A stretch of DNA of 64,000 bases. It comes from Phyllosticta citribraziliensis (lineage: Eukaryota). Under the pieces are notes generated by a model. The model had not been told where the DNA came from, ran no database searches, and saw only the letters and a program-made list of their open reading frames with translations. The stretch is from positions 2,356,001 through 2,420,000 of the forward strand of contig NW_027117343.1 in NCBI RefSeq assembly GCF_038025025.1, read 5' to 3'. The position numbers and the translations under genes are program-made. This document shows, in pieces, positions 36,533 through 49,136 of the stretch; within the stretch, counting starts at the first letter, position 1, and each line of letters starts with the position of its first letter.

Positions 36533-39500
36533 GCCTGGAGCCGTCGCGCCAATGACAACATCAACGACGATCCATCTCCTCCCTCACTAACTCAGCCCCC
36601 CGCGCACGCACGCGCCTGACCGCCTAACTGCCTAACTGCCTATCAACGCTGGATTTTCTTTTCTTTTTTTCTTTTTTTGCCTTGGGTAGCGAGCATCTCT
36701 TCTCACCGCCTCCCCACACCACACCACACCACCACCATTCTACCCCGTCCAGCGCCGATCGTTTCGTCCATTTTGCTTTTGCCTTCACCGCGTTTGTGTT
36801 CGCGTCGCGTCGCCTACCTTGCTCAGCCAGCTAGCTAGCTAGCTGGATTGCTAACAGCGGGGGCGGGACACGCCCCACGGCGGAGGCGGAAGAGCGGCTG
36901 GCTGGCTGCGCGCGTGCGGGGTGGGGCCCGGGCGGCCACGTGGAGGAGGGAGGGAGGGCGTGAACTGCTGTAGGGATGGATGGGGGAGGGAAGGAAACTC
37001 TGTGTGTAAGAGAAGCGCTAGTTAGGGAAGATGGGTGAAGGGCGCAGCTGTCAGTGGCAGGGCGGGCGGGCGGGATGGGATGGGTGGGCTAGCTACCTTA
37101 CCCAGTAGGTAGCTGGCACGTAGGGATCCAAGGTACGGCGGAGAGCGGCAGATTCGGCAGATGGTGACGGGCAACTGCGAAGGTCGGTGGGAAGAGAAGG
37201 GGGGGGGGGGGGGAAAGTGGTGCGATTGAGGCAAACTACTGCACTTGTCGACTGTTTTGATGAGGGGAGTGTGTGGAGGCCAGGCATGACATGGCATGGT
37301 TAACGGACAGATAGACGCAAGCGGCAGTTCCGTTCGCGCGAGCGAGCGAGCTTCAAGACCAGCACATTCGAGACCGTGTGGTGTTGACGGCACCCGTCTC
37401 GTCGTCGGCTCGGGCTCGCAGTCCAGAACCGGCTGGGTGTCGATACCAGAAGCGTCTTTTCGGTAGTCGACAAACAGCATGCAACATGCGCACTGCGACC
37501 AAACGTAAAACTACCGACCAGGTACCTTTGGACATCACCCGCCGCATGAGCTGTACGAGCGCGCGGGAGGGCGTATACGAGGAAGGACGAATTGACAGCG
37601 GTGCGTCTCGTGTCGTCTTTCCCACCCGCCGCAGCGCTGCTTACCGTTGCGTTCGCCATGTAGAAAGTAATCTTTCAAGGCCTCGCTGCAGACAAAGTAT
37701 AGGTAGACAGAAGGGGAACGGAGGCCGACGTGCCGCATCGCACTCTTCGAGAACGAAAGAAGCCTCACACCGCTCGCTCTGCTTCTTCCATTCATGTTCG
37801 GAGGCACAGGGTCCAGCTAACGATTTAGTTGCGTTGAATTCGATTTGCGCGATTCTGCAACAAGGCATGAAGTTGTTCGGGTGCGGCGTTGTTGCGGCTC
37901 TTCTTGGTGGGTTTGATTGCTCGTAAGGCTTAGTTGGATCCGTCTGCGGAGAGACGATTTGTAAACAGTGCACCACGCGTCTCACTGCTCCAAGGAACAA
38001 AGGGGGGACAGAAACTTTGCTGTCAAACGCGTCCGCAGCTTTTGCTGCTCGCGTAGACCACTCGGCAGATGGACCGGCTCCCGTCCGCCTGTCCGCTTAC
38101 AGGGACATACACTAGACCTCCTTGTTGCAAGCAAGACGCGTGCGGCAGAAATGGAAGCAAGCGGATGGCAGCACGCGCGGACAGGGGCCCATCCTGCCAA
38201 CCTCCATGGCTGCCACGTTCAGCAGCACGACGGGCCGTGGTCGGCGTGATTCGATGCGTTGCCATGCACTGCGAATGCGATACGATGGGTAAAATGCGAT
38301 GAAAGGACAGGAGCCTCTTGTCGAGATCTTTACCCTCACGCGCGCCATTTTTGCTCATATCCCTTCCCGCATATTGATTTGCGCCATCACCCGTCGAGTT
38401 GGTTTGCTTGGGCTCAAAGTCAATGGGGCGGCGGGGGCGCCCCGGTCGTGGTCGCGCACATGGAGACGGGGAGCAAGGATCCTTTCCAGGAGATGGGAAG
38501 CTGGCTGTTCGGCTGAGATTGATACCGATAGTTCGCCTACAGACGCGACACATGGCCGGACCAGGAAGACATTGATCTCGGGGCCAGCGTGGTTTGTGCA
38601 AGTGGGCAGTGCAGCAGCAGGGCCCAGGACAAGCACCATCTCGCAAGGCAATATCAGACCACTTTTTCCCTCTTTTCCAATTTTCACTTTCAGCCCGGTG
38701 CTGCAGGCACGTTTCGACCAACCAGAACCCTGCGTCGCCAGGGTCGTCCCCGTCAGTGGCTCGCAAATGCTCGTGTGGGGGCGTTTGGGCGTCGCATTTG
38801 GCCGCTCTTCCACCTTTTTTGGCTGAGGGCGTCGCGTGGGCGCCACAGCTTGAATGCTAGATTGGGCCGGTTGCTAGCGGCGGGTGTGCGGACGGGAGAC
38901 GAGATGGCAGGGGTCGCGGGAGGAGGGATGTTTGAGGAAGGCTGTAAATGCTGCCACCTTGCGTGGGATGTGCCATGTGAGCAAGATAATCGGTGAGAGT
39001 TGAGTTGGATGGCGCTAAATCGAGGCTGTATTTGAAAATCTGCCTTGCTGATTAGACGATGTTGCTGGAAGTAGTCGTAGATGGCCTTGAACCAACGACA
39101 CGATAACGGGCTCGTGCGCTTTACGACTGTCCGTCTGAGCGAGCTGGTTAAGCTTGTTTCGGGGGGCTGATTCAGGATGCCGCTAGAGTCAATGTCGCAG
39201 CTCGATGCGAAAACACCATGTAGGCCTGGAATATGTCACCCAAGCGAACTCGAGTTGGATTTATTGAATTTTGCAACAATTGGAATGGTATTGACGGAAT
39301 GGGACACGGCGCCAGTCGCCATGTTAGGTCCACGCGAAAGCTCCAGGTGCCGTTCTTGCAATGGGCGGCTTGTTCGATTCAACAAGGAATTGCCATTGTT
39401 GTGTAGAGCTTGGCCATCTTCGCTATATGTGCGCAGGCAACGCAGGTACACGACTGCAAGCAGCAAAGTGTAGACTCGGGCTGCAAAAGCAGCATGGCAG

Positions 39501-41903
39501 AAGAAAGTAAGAAGCAACTGCCGTTTGCGAAGTGTTCAACTGCCGACAGCTCGACCGCTACTCTAGACTGTACGTGTACCGTAGCACTGGTAAAAGCCAC
39601 AAAGAGACCAGAGACAGAATCGCGTTGTGCTACGGGAAGAGCCCAACGGCGGTATTCGGTTTCCACAGTGAAACTTGGAGCTGACCCTTGGAGCGTTTGT
39701 TGCTTGGTGCTCGACCCCTCACTTTCAGTCCCGGGATCCGCCGTGCCCGTCTGCAAAGTTTCGCCCGGTTGGCTCTGGGCGGCAGGCTGTTTTCGGGGCT
39801 GTAGACTTGGGATTTTGTCAACCACCAAGCGTCCGTTCGGACCGGACTACAAATTAGCGGTCGGTGCGGAGCGCCGTCGGTCCACAGTCGTCCGTCGATG
39901 AGCGAGAATACGGCGGCCAACAGTCGCTCGGTCGGGCGTCTCCGACCGAGGGCAAAGATCTGGAGGATCGCCATGCGACGTGCGCAATAATTCAGCCACC
40001 ACGAAGCGGCTCCCAAGTCGCCAGGTCAGATTGGCGAGTTGCGGAGTAGGGAGAGCGGGAGACGGCCACCGTCTCCGGTTTCAGCTCTGCGCCTTCGTTG
40101 GCTGCTCTTTTTTTACACTTTGGCGCGCGTGTTTGCTTGGATCTGGGGTCGGTGTGGGGTGCATGCGAGAACCTGGGGTCAGCACCTTAGCCCAAGCCAG
40201 ACCTTGGCCCTGCAACAGTATAGTCCGCACAGCTCGGCAAGTGGTGTACATGGTGTTGACTAGATGACAGGCGTCGACCACCCGTCGTTGCATTCTGCAG
40301 GGCAGTTTGGGCGCGCTCTTCGGAAAATTGATTGCAGAGTTTCGAAAGCGAAGAAGGATGCAATATAACCTCGCAACGAATTGGCGCGGCTGGGGATGGA
40401 AAAGCTGAGGCGAAGGAGCCTCGCGCGGTGGATTGAGTTGATGTCTCGCATCGAATTGGGGTGGTGTCGTCCGCGTCAAGTCTTGTTGATGCATTTCCAT
40501 TTTGAGAAGAGGTGTAGGCAAAAGGCAAGCTTCCGCGGGGTCCGCTTGGTGTTGCGGGCGGTTCGAGGCAGGTCGAAGCGTAGACGAGCGGGCGGGAGAG
40601 TGGGAATGGCGTTGCAGAAGCTCGCATGGTGTTGAAGCTTCTTCCATGTCATCGATCGGAGGGCCGGAAAACGTGGTCCTGTAGGGATGGTGCAGCAATT
40701 CCATCAGGATAACGTGGTCCGCAAGGGGAATGGCGGATATGGAGAGTCGCGGGTGGTCGACACGAGGTCAAGCTTAGAACCAAGCTTCGCTGCCACGTGT
40801 GACATGGCAGATATGCGGGTCGGGCTGCAAAATTTGGAGGTGCATTTTGGGTTTGACCATTTGTTGTTGTGGTTGTGGTTGTGGTTGTAGTGATGGTGGC
40901 CATGGCATGGGTGGCTGGCCGGGGTGCCGAGGATTGGCCAATTCGAGTCAAGGGCGTGGGGGAGCAGTCCTGAGGCAGGCCGGGACGAGGCACACGGACT
41001 TGATTCTCCATGAGGCACAGCGGATTACCTAGTGATGAGAGCGTGAGTGTCGCGGATGGGGCCGTTTCGTTTTTGTGCCATTTCCCAGAGGATGCCGTGG
41101 TTTGCTGCGTGTCGGCGGCAGAGAGCGACGGCATGTGTAGTGAGTGAGTGCAAGGGCAGCAGGGAGCAGGTTTGCCGGCGCCACACCTGCCTCGACACGG
41201 GTCGGCCGACCTGCCAGGAAAAATCTTGATCCAAAGACTCCAGGCCCGTCTGTCGTTTTTCGTTGCTAGAGAAAAAATCGGAACGGAACGCGAATGGCAG
41301 CGTAGCCTCACGTGCCTCTTTTCCCAGGAAAAAGCTCGGGCGGACGCCGGGTCTTATCTCGTTTGCCCCGGACTGTGAGTACAGCATCAACACCCACCTC
41401 GCTTCTCCAAATCCCCACCTCCAGCTCACGCGCTCCCCCAAAGATCCACCTTTTTTCTCCGTGGGGTGACACACAAAAGACCCACTGCGACGTCCAGACC
41501 CTCTTTGCCCGCCTGCGGATTGGCTGCTACCCCATGGGGCTCTGTCGCGCGGAAACGCTCTCTTGAAAGAGGAACCCGTTCGACGACCACTACTTCATAT
41601 GTACACGACGTCCGCCGCGCACGGCCGGCTGACGGCTGCGTCGCTGCAGTGCTGCCCTGTTTGCGCCAGTCGTTCCCGCTAGCTTCGTCCGCCAGTTTTT
41701 GGCTTAAGATGTCGGACCCGGCTAGAGTCACCATCTGCCAAACCACTCTTCCTTTGCGCCCTGCCCCTCCGCCAATCATCTCTGTCCCTTGACTCTCGGC
41801 GCCACCCCTTTGTTCTGTCACGTTCAATCCTTGATCCAACACCCATCTTGTCAAAAGTTCCAGGGCCTCTGTCAAATTCGCCGACGAGCAAATCATTGCC
41901 AAA

Positions 41904-43656
41904 ATGGGTGAAGGCGCCTCGCCGCGTGGGAGCGGTGCTGCTTCGCCCACCGTTCAGAAGCAATCCATCGAGCACGTCGAGATGGGCGTCGATGGAAACG
42001 ACATTGTCAAGCTTTCTCAAGACGAGGCCGAGCTCGAAGAGGCGCTGAGAAACTATGTGCCCGGTACTTCTGAAGAGAAGAAGCTTGTGCGGAAGATTGA
42101 TCTGCTTCTCATGCCCATCCTGTGGATCATGTGAGTGGCTAGTGCCTTCCAACTCTCAAAGCAATCGACTGATAAAATGGCAGGTACATTCTCAACTACG
42201 TCGATAGGACCAATATTGTAAGTTTTTCAACTCCAAATTTTGCCTAGGCTTCTTCTCACATTCTACAGGGAAATGCCAAAGTCGCCGGCATGGCTGATGA
42301 CCTTTCGCTAAACGATCAGGATTACGCATGGCAGGTTCCCTCTCCCTTGATTTTTATTCCTATTCTAATCCTATAACTCGTTGGTACAGGATCGTGTCCA
42401 TCTTCTTTTTTGGGTATCTCATCTGCGAGGTCCCCTCCAACATGATTCTCGCCCGCTCTCGCCCTTCTATCTTCCTGCCCGGCATCATGTGCGTGTGGGG
42501 CGCGCTTAGTGCCGCCATGGCTTCAGCCAACAGTTACGGTGCGATGTTGGCCTTCAGGTTCGTCGTGGGTTGCATCGAGTCTGGCTTCTTTCCTGGAGTG
42601 CTGTACCTGCTTAGTTGCTGGTACACCTCTGCCGAACTCGGCAAGAGATTTACCATCTTCTACACGGCCTCGACTCTCTCCGGGGCTTTCGGAGGGCTGC
42701 TTGCCGGTGGCATCACGGACGGCCTACACAATGCGCACGGAATTTCTGGCTGGCGATGGCTGTTCATCGTCGAGGGCGTGTGCACGGCAGGCGTCGCACT
42801 AATTGCCATGTTTATCCTCCTCGACTACCCTTCTACATCACCACGTCTTTCGCTCCGCGAACGGCAACTGGCAACTGTCCGCCTGATTGCGGACCAGCGC
42901 GCCAACCAGCCAAACTCTCAACACAGTGCCACAGTCCGCGAACCATTGTCTCACTGGGCCGCCTTTGTTGCTGCGCTATCCGACTACCGCACGGGCTATT
43001 TCCTCATCATGCTCATGCTCAATGTCGGGGCTGGCACCATCTCCTACTTCATTCCCACGCTCACCCTCACGTTGGGCTACGACTCGTCCATGGCCCAATA
43101 CATGACGGTGCCAATTTACATTGTTGCGGCCGTTATCGCCAACTCTGCTGCATTTGCAGCCGACATTACACAGCGGCGGCGCCGTGCCGCCGGCAACAGC
43201 GACGGCATTGGAGGTCGCCGGCCGTACGTTGGGTCGTTTCTGACCCTTGGCTGCGTATCCGCCATCATCTGCGCTGTCGTTAAACACAACGTCGTCAGAT
43301 ACGTCTTCACGTGTTTCGTGGCCGCAGGCATCTGGACGGCGCTGCCGCTCGCGCTTGCCTGGATCAGCGCAACCTTCTCGGTCCCGTCATCGCCAGACGG
43401 TGGGCCACCCAGCCCGGAGAAGCGCGCAATTGTCCTTGCGCTCGTCAATGCTTGTGGCAACTTGAGCAGTGTTTATGGTAGTCGGCTTTGGCCCGATCAG
43501 GACAGTCCAGACTACCTCATGGGATGGTCCGTCACGGCAGCGTTTCTAGGTCTGGCAGCTCTCATGGTCATCGCGAGCCCGGTCGTTTTCCGCCTACCAG
43601 TCAAGGAATTGGTCAAGAGGAGGAGCGATGACGACGTTGAGGCCCGGGCAGACTAA
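41904..43656 (+). CDS. MFS transporter of the anion:cation symporter (Dal5/Tna1-like) family, 4 exons; third intron GC-AG (42331-42389)
   Basis: EEKKLVRKIDLLLMPILWIMYILNYVDRTNIGNAKVAGM..., EVPSNMIL, ESGFFPG...LSCWY, GWRWLFIVEG. Confidence 0.93.
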
Positions 43657-44759
43657 GCGTTGATGCTTTGGGGCTATGTGTTGGGGAACCAGTGAGGAGG
43701 TTAGTAAGGCTTGAGGGACGATTTACGATTACTTTCACGACAAAAGCATGTCTAGATGATAAACAAGAGGCAATAGATGCTTGGATTTTCTTGTCATCAG
43801 TCACTGCGTGGCGCTCCCGTTTCTTCTCTGGTCTCTCGACGCGATCACTTCGACTCCAACCTCCGCCCATTGAGTCTCCGGTGCAGTGACCAAACACCAA
43901 CAGGATATGCTCCTCGTCCCAAGGCCTACAATCTCGCCCACGGTCCTTGTCGCATGTCTAACGCAATTCGCTGCTCGTCCCAAGTTCCAACAACCGGTCC
44001 CATAGTTCTCATCGCGCGTCCTCTCAAGCCCCTGCCAAGAACCCTGACCATCGCCGTCGTCCCAAATTTCACAACAACCACCGTCCAGCGATGCGAATTT
44101 CTCCATCCCGTCAACCCAACAACTACCCCCAGGCCGTCCGCGCGCAGCTATCAACCGGCCCCATCGCGCCAGCTCGTCCCACCCACCTCGCGCGGAACAG
44201 CGCTCTCCCCGTCCTCGCCGCATCTCTTTCTCCCAGGGCCCTCAGCGGCCGGCGACGTCTACCTGGTACCTGGTCTTTTCACGACGAGCGGGGATGGAGG
44301 ATGGCGCGCGAACGGAACGATTCCTGAGGAGCCTGGAACGATGCCACGCGCTACAGGCAAGCTTATCGTGAGTATCCTCCTTCCGCCAAACCAGCTGAGC
44401 GGGTCAGGGCTGCCTGCCCGTCTCCTGCAGAGCCTGTTTGTGTTGGACTTCTCCCGGGCGTGGTGGCTGCGCCTGCGGCTGTGTTGTGGTCGCCTGCCTG
44501 CATTTCGGGAGGACATTGACGTTTTCTTGGGGTGTGTAGAGGAGCGAATGGCCCACACGATCTTTCAGCATTCGACAACTTGACATCGGCCTCAGCTTTC
44601 TCGCGCGACAATGAGCCACGGCGGCCGGGCCCTCACACACAACACCGCATACCCGGATCAAGCCTCAAAAGAGCAAGTAGATGAGGAGAGGAGCCTTTTG
44701 ATCGTGCTACTGCACTACATGTAGACTGCGGCCTTGCAGGTAAGCCGCCGGTGTGTCCT

Positions 44760-45050
44760 CATGTCTTTGCTCCTTTTCCAATGCCCATGTCTCAATCCGT
44801 TCGCCCCGTTTTTTGCTGCCCATGTCCCAATTTGTCCATACCGTTTTTGCTGTCCATGTTTTTGCTCCTTTTCCAATGCCCAACTCTCAATCTGTTCACC
44901 CCGTTTTGCCTGTCCATGTCCATGCCCCTATTTTTTGCACCCAAGCCCCAATCTGTTCGCGCCGTCCGTTTTTTCTGCCCATGTTTTTTGCTCCTTTCCC
45001 AATGACCAAGTCTCGATCTGTTCATCCGTCTTTCCTGCCCTTGTCTGTCT
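44760..45050. repeat. Degenerate pyrimidine-rich minisatellite (~3 imperfect copies of a ~60-nt core)
   Basis: Core CATGT(T/C)TTTGCTCCTTT(T/C)CCAATG(C/A)CCA..TCTC(A/G)ATC(C/T)GTTC..CCCGT recurs near 44760, 44855 and 44980, with sub-repeats between. Confidence 0.75.
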
Positions 45051-45323
45051 TCTTGTTTTTTCCACCAAAGCTCCATTTCCGTCATGATTCCGTTGCCCAT
45101 GTACCTGTCCTCCTTTTTTTTCTTTTTTGAGTAGCACCACCCAAGCTCCATCCTTCCGTCCCAAGTTTTGCCGATCCGTGGTTTTCCCAAGATCCTGTCG
45201 TTCGTCGCTGTTTTACCGGTCTGTGGCCTTGTCCCAAGCTCCTTCTTGAGTGTTTTTGTACCGTTGTCCAAGAAGCCCTTCCGACGTGTTGATTGACACC
45301 AGCCGTGTCGTCTGTCAGCACGC

Positions 45324-46407
45324 TCACCACGCTCCCGTGACCGTGGTGGAAGTGGGATTGTTTTCAAAGCCCGCAGAGTCAAAGTCCGCTACGGTAAAGC
45401 CCGCAGGGCCAAAGCCCGCATTGTCGGTTTCCTCACTCGAGACGCTCTCTGGCTTTGGATTGTGACAGATCATCTTGCAGGTGCCATCGTAGTACTTGCA
45501 GCGACGGCCAAAGCTATCACCCTTCTTGCCGCGAAAGTCGAGAGCCTTTTTGGCGAGCAAAATCAAGTACGCCGTGGTGTCATCCATGCTGTCGGTGGAA
45601 ATTCCCTCAAACCAGTCACCATCGGCTCGACGGGCCCAAAGGTCCTCGTAAAGGCGCATGAGGCCTGAAGACTCGGGCAATCTCTTCGGCAGGACGCTGA
45701 CCCACTTCTTCGGAAACTCCGAGAACATGTTGATGAGCTGCAAGACTTCATCGATGATGGCATTTTTGAATTTTGCGTCCAGAAGGTGGTCTCCGAGGAT
45801 GTAAGACTCGAGAAGAATGTCGAAGATGCCGGCAGAAGGATCGGCGGAAGTGCAAGCGAAAGAAGATTGAGATTCGGAGTCGGACATTGCCGCCTCAATC
45901 ACCTGGGGCTCCTCCATCGCTTCCATTGGAGTGTCGTAACGGGAGTTGATGATACACTTGTTGAGCAGGAGCCATTTCTGGTACACAGAAAAGACCTCCG
46001 GGTCCTCATCAGGCAGTCCAACAGTCCTCTCCTTGGACTCTTTCCAGTTGCCACCCAGAGCCTTCTCAAAGAACTCCGAGGTCGAGCGCAGCAAAATTTC
46101 ATGGACGAGGAAGACTTTGTGATTGTCTCCGCTGCCGACGGACACCTCAATCATCTTGCCATCATCAACACTTTGAACAAATGTTAGCCCGTGTGTCATG
46201 CCATTGATTGAGGAAAGCTGAAACTTACGCGCGACCAAAAACCTCTTGGTGCTCTCGGTCGAAGCGATGGTACTTTTCATCCTTTTGGCATTGGCATTCG
46301 CAACTCCAACCGCAAATGCAAATGCAACCGCCTTCTCCGCAGATAATAGGTTCATATTTCGAGCAGGTAGGGTGGTAGCAACAACAATAATTGTCGTCGT
46401 TGGCCAT
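45324..46407 (-). CDS. BTB/POZ-domain protein with Cys-rich N-terminal exon, 2 exons (intron 46171-46228)
   Basis: BTB motifs IEVSVGSG...FLVHEILLRSTSEFFEKALGGNWKES...LPDEDPEVFSVYQKWL and YILGDHLLDAKFKNAIID. A 58-nt GTAAGT..GCTAAC..AAAG intron joins exon 1 MANDDNYCCCY...EVFGRA|VDDGK. Confidence 0.85.
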
Positions 46408-46947
46408 CTTGCAACGGAGGATCAATTCTGAGAAGGTGGGTCAGTGCTCTGTTGAGCGTGAAACTTGCGAGGAGCAGCACACTCACGTTCCTCGTCGACA
46501 AGTGTTGCGAATGGTCGATGATCTGTGACGTCCGAGCGTGTTGCGGCGACGTGGAAGATGGACGCCGGTCTGTGGGTGTTGAAGAAGGTAGACGGCGCTA
46601 GGGAGAGAGGGCAGCGTTGAAGGGTGGTGATGTCAAGGAAGAGGGTGGCGCTGAAGGATGGTGGTGTCAAAGAAGAGGGCGGCGCTTTATATTCAGGCTG
46701 CGGCGGCCACCACCGCCAGAGGAGGTACCGCCAGCTCATGGATTACCGCCCGATTTTCGCTTACCATGTGCTTCCTAATTTGGCCTAGGTGCAGTTCTCT
46801 TCACAATGATGCATTTTCTCTCAAATCACACGCCGCATCTTGAGCAGCCGCGCTTAGGGTCCTCCATAGGCCCATCCTCGCGCCGTCGACAGAGCACAAC
46901 ACCTCTCACTTTCAACCTTTACACTCAACCTTCTGGAAACTACAAGC

Positions 46948-48124
46948 ATGTCGACAGACGCGACTACGGCGGATGATGCCGCCTTGAGCGAGGAGAATAC
47001 ACAGAGATTCTTGGAGACATTCAACTCTTGGAAAGCCGGTGTGGCCAGGCCCGGAGCGAGTGGCTCTGAGAGCCAAAAGTTTGACCCCCACACAACTCTC
47101 TCCAAGGTTTTACTGAGTACTGTCCTAGGGCCGAGGCTGTCAAGTGCCCCTATGATTCGTTCCTCACCGCCCATGAGCACAATGTCCTCAACACCTCGTC
47201 TACGTAAGTTCTATCTCTATGGGCTTTGGGGGAAATGATGCTTTCTGGTCTATTATTGCGGCGAACGACAGCTCCCTAGCTCCGTGCGCAGCAGTGAATG
47301 AAAGCTCGCTGGTGCGACCGCAGCGCCAAAATACAAAATTGCTGACTCGAAAAAGCATCGACCAGAAAGTTATTCGTGTGACTGTCGGCAGCGATGACAA
47401 CAAGCATACGTTCTATGTCCACGAGCCATTGCTCGAGATGCACTCGCCGGTCTTCAAGTCTTGCCTCAGCCGCAACTGGTCTGAAGGTATCAAGGGCGAA
47501 ATCGACCTGCCCGAGGATGACCCCAAGGTTTTCTTGATGTTCGTCAGGTTCGTCTACGCGGGCCAGATACTCATCATCGCGGATGATACGCTGCTTTGGC
47601 GCCAGACAACGGATGGTGGATTCCATCGTCGCGACGTCGCGGGTGACATCCTCATCCACAGCTACATCTTCGCCGACAAGTACCTGGCCAGTACCTTCAA
47701 GAACGCCTGCATCCAAGGCCTCATCGACAGGTTCATGATGGGCCCCGCCTACTTCCACGCCATCCGCCAGAATGCAGAGCTGGTGTACGACAAGCTCTTG
47801 CCCTCGTCGGCACTGCGTCGTCTCTACGTGGACATCTGGGCCTGGGCGAGCACTGAGGAGTGGCACGACGACCTGGGCAACGATTATCATGACATTCACA
47901 CGGCCCCTTACGAGTTCTGGCAGGACATCGCCAAGGCCATGACCCGCACCAAGGACCGTCTCGTCAAAATCCCCCGCGATCATATCATCGTCATGCACTA
48001 CCCTTGGGTTCACGACAAGATGCGCTACTTTGAGCGCGAACGTGCCCCAGAGCCTGACGTTCCACGTCCGTTTGACGTTGACTTCGCCGCGCTCTCGCTT
48101 CAGCCAGAGCCCAGCGACGACTAA
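46948..48124 (+). CDS. BTB/POZ-domain protein; 5' exon structure uncertain, BTB core from ~47360
   Basis: IRVTVGSDDNKHTFYVHEPLLEMHSPVFKSCLSRNWSEG...LPEDDPKVFLMFVRFVYAG and YIFADKYLASTFKNACI; strong donor GTAAGT at 47204; ATG at 46948 is tentative. Confidence 0.8.
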
Positions 48125-48769
48125 GCTTGCACGGCGTACACCAAGAGATGTGAGAGTTCTGCCCAGAGCTTGTCCGCCGTTCGATGCGGCCTCGAACAAA
48201 ACGAAGCTCGACGCCCTTTCTCTCTCGTTCTGCTTCCTCGTTCTACTTCTTTCGCAGCTGTAGAAGCGTTCCTTCTTGCACGCGCGTGTGCCTTGCAAAG
48301 TCCTTGAGTAGGTACCCGGTTACAGGATCAAGGATAATGCGCCATAGGTTTCGAAGAAGAAGCTGGGCAAAGACAGAGATTGTAGATCAATTGAAGAATC
48401 AATCACCCCACTGAGTACCCATGGCACAGACAAGGGACAATCTTAAATGTACTGTTCGATTGCCCGTGTGTTTTGAAGCCACCTCAATGCTTCGCCAGCG
48501 CCACATGGCCCTGCGTCGTCGCCCTTCGACTCCTTGCCCATACCAAGTCTTGTTTCTGAACATCATCTTGTACTTGTCGATATCTTACACCTCTGACTGC
48601 CAAATGTGTGTAGTCGTAATTCACATTCGACAAAGCCGACGCTTGAAAAAGTCGTGATCTATTGGACTCGGTGCGAGGTGGGTGGCGCGGCGACCTTTCT
48701 TCCTCCCACCGTGTTCAACCACTCCATTTCCACCAACAACCTTCAAATCCGGCGACCATCTACACCGTC

Positions 48770-49136
48770 ATGTACATCTCACCTTCCAAGATGAATTCGT
48801 TGGAGGCAAAATACTGATCAGGAAAATAGGAACAAGAACTTCAAGGGCATTCCCGTACCCGCGGATATTTGCCCCCCGCCGATTTATGGGGCTGTCATCA
48901 ATTACGACCCGTTGCCTGACCTCAGTGCTTATCCCGACCAATCCAAATATCCTTGGAAGGTCACCCGTTCTGCCGTCACTCAGCAGACGTCTGTGGCGGA
49001 GCAGCAGCAGCAATAGCAACAACAGGAGGTGAAGGCGACGGGAGGGAAGAGGAAGAGGGAGGAGGAGGAGGAGAAGGATGACGACGACATGGACGTGGAT
49101 GAGGAGGAGGATGTGGCTTCCGTCCCTAAGAAGTGA
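48770..49136 (+). CDS. Small spliced orphan gene or pseudogene with internal TAG (49014-49016) in a poly-Q run; basic plus acidic C-terminal extension
   Basis: AT|GTACAT..TACTGAT..ATAG|G intron (48772-48829) rebuilds the ATG; reads MNKNFKGIPVPADICPPPIYGAVINYDPLPDLSAYPDQSKYPWKVTRSAVTQQTSVAEQQQQ*QQQEVKATGGKRKREEEEKDDDDMDVDEEEDVASVPKK*. Confidence 0.5.

Noticed and set aside
38500..38600. GGCTGAGATTGATACC resembling the start of a fungal TPP riboswitch aptamer upstream of the MFS gene
   Set aside because: The required downstream AACTTGATC..GATAATACC.GCGAAAG block is absent and the site is >3 kb from the gene.
43777..44583. 268-aa Pro/Thr-rich ORF with a possible in-frame intron near 44368-44430
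   Set aside because: No recognisable domain and low complexity; an orphan gene cannot be supported from sequence alone.
46229..46355. N-terminus MNLLSAEKAVAFAFAVGVANANAK of the 343-aa BTB ORF
   Set aside because: It requires reading through a canonical 58-nt intron; the spliced Cys-rich frame is better supported, though retention cannot be excluded.
47276..48298. 340-aa minus-strand ORF
   Set aside because: Antisense shadow of the BTB gene caused by GC-rich codon usage; no domain features.
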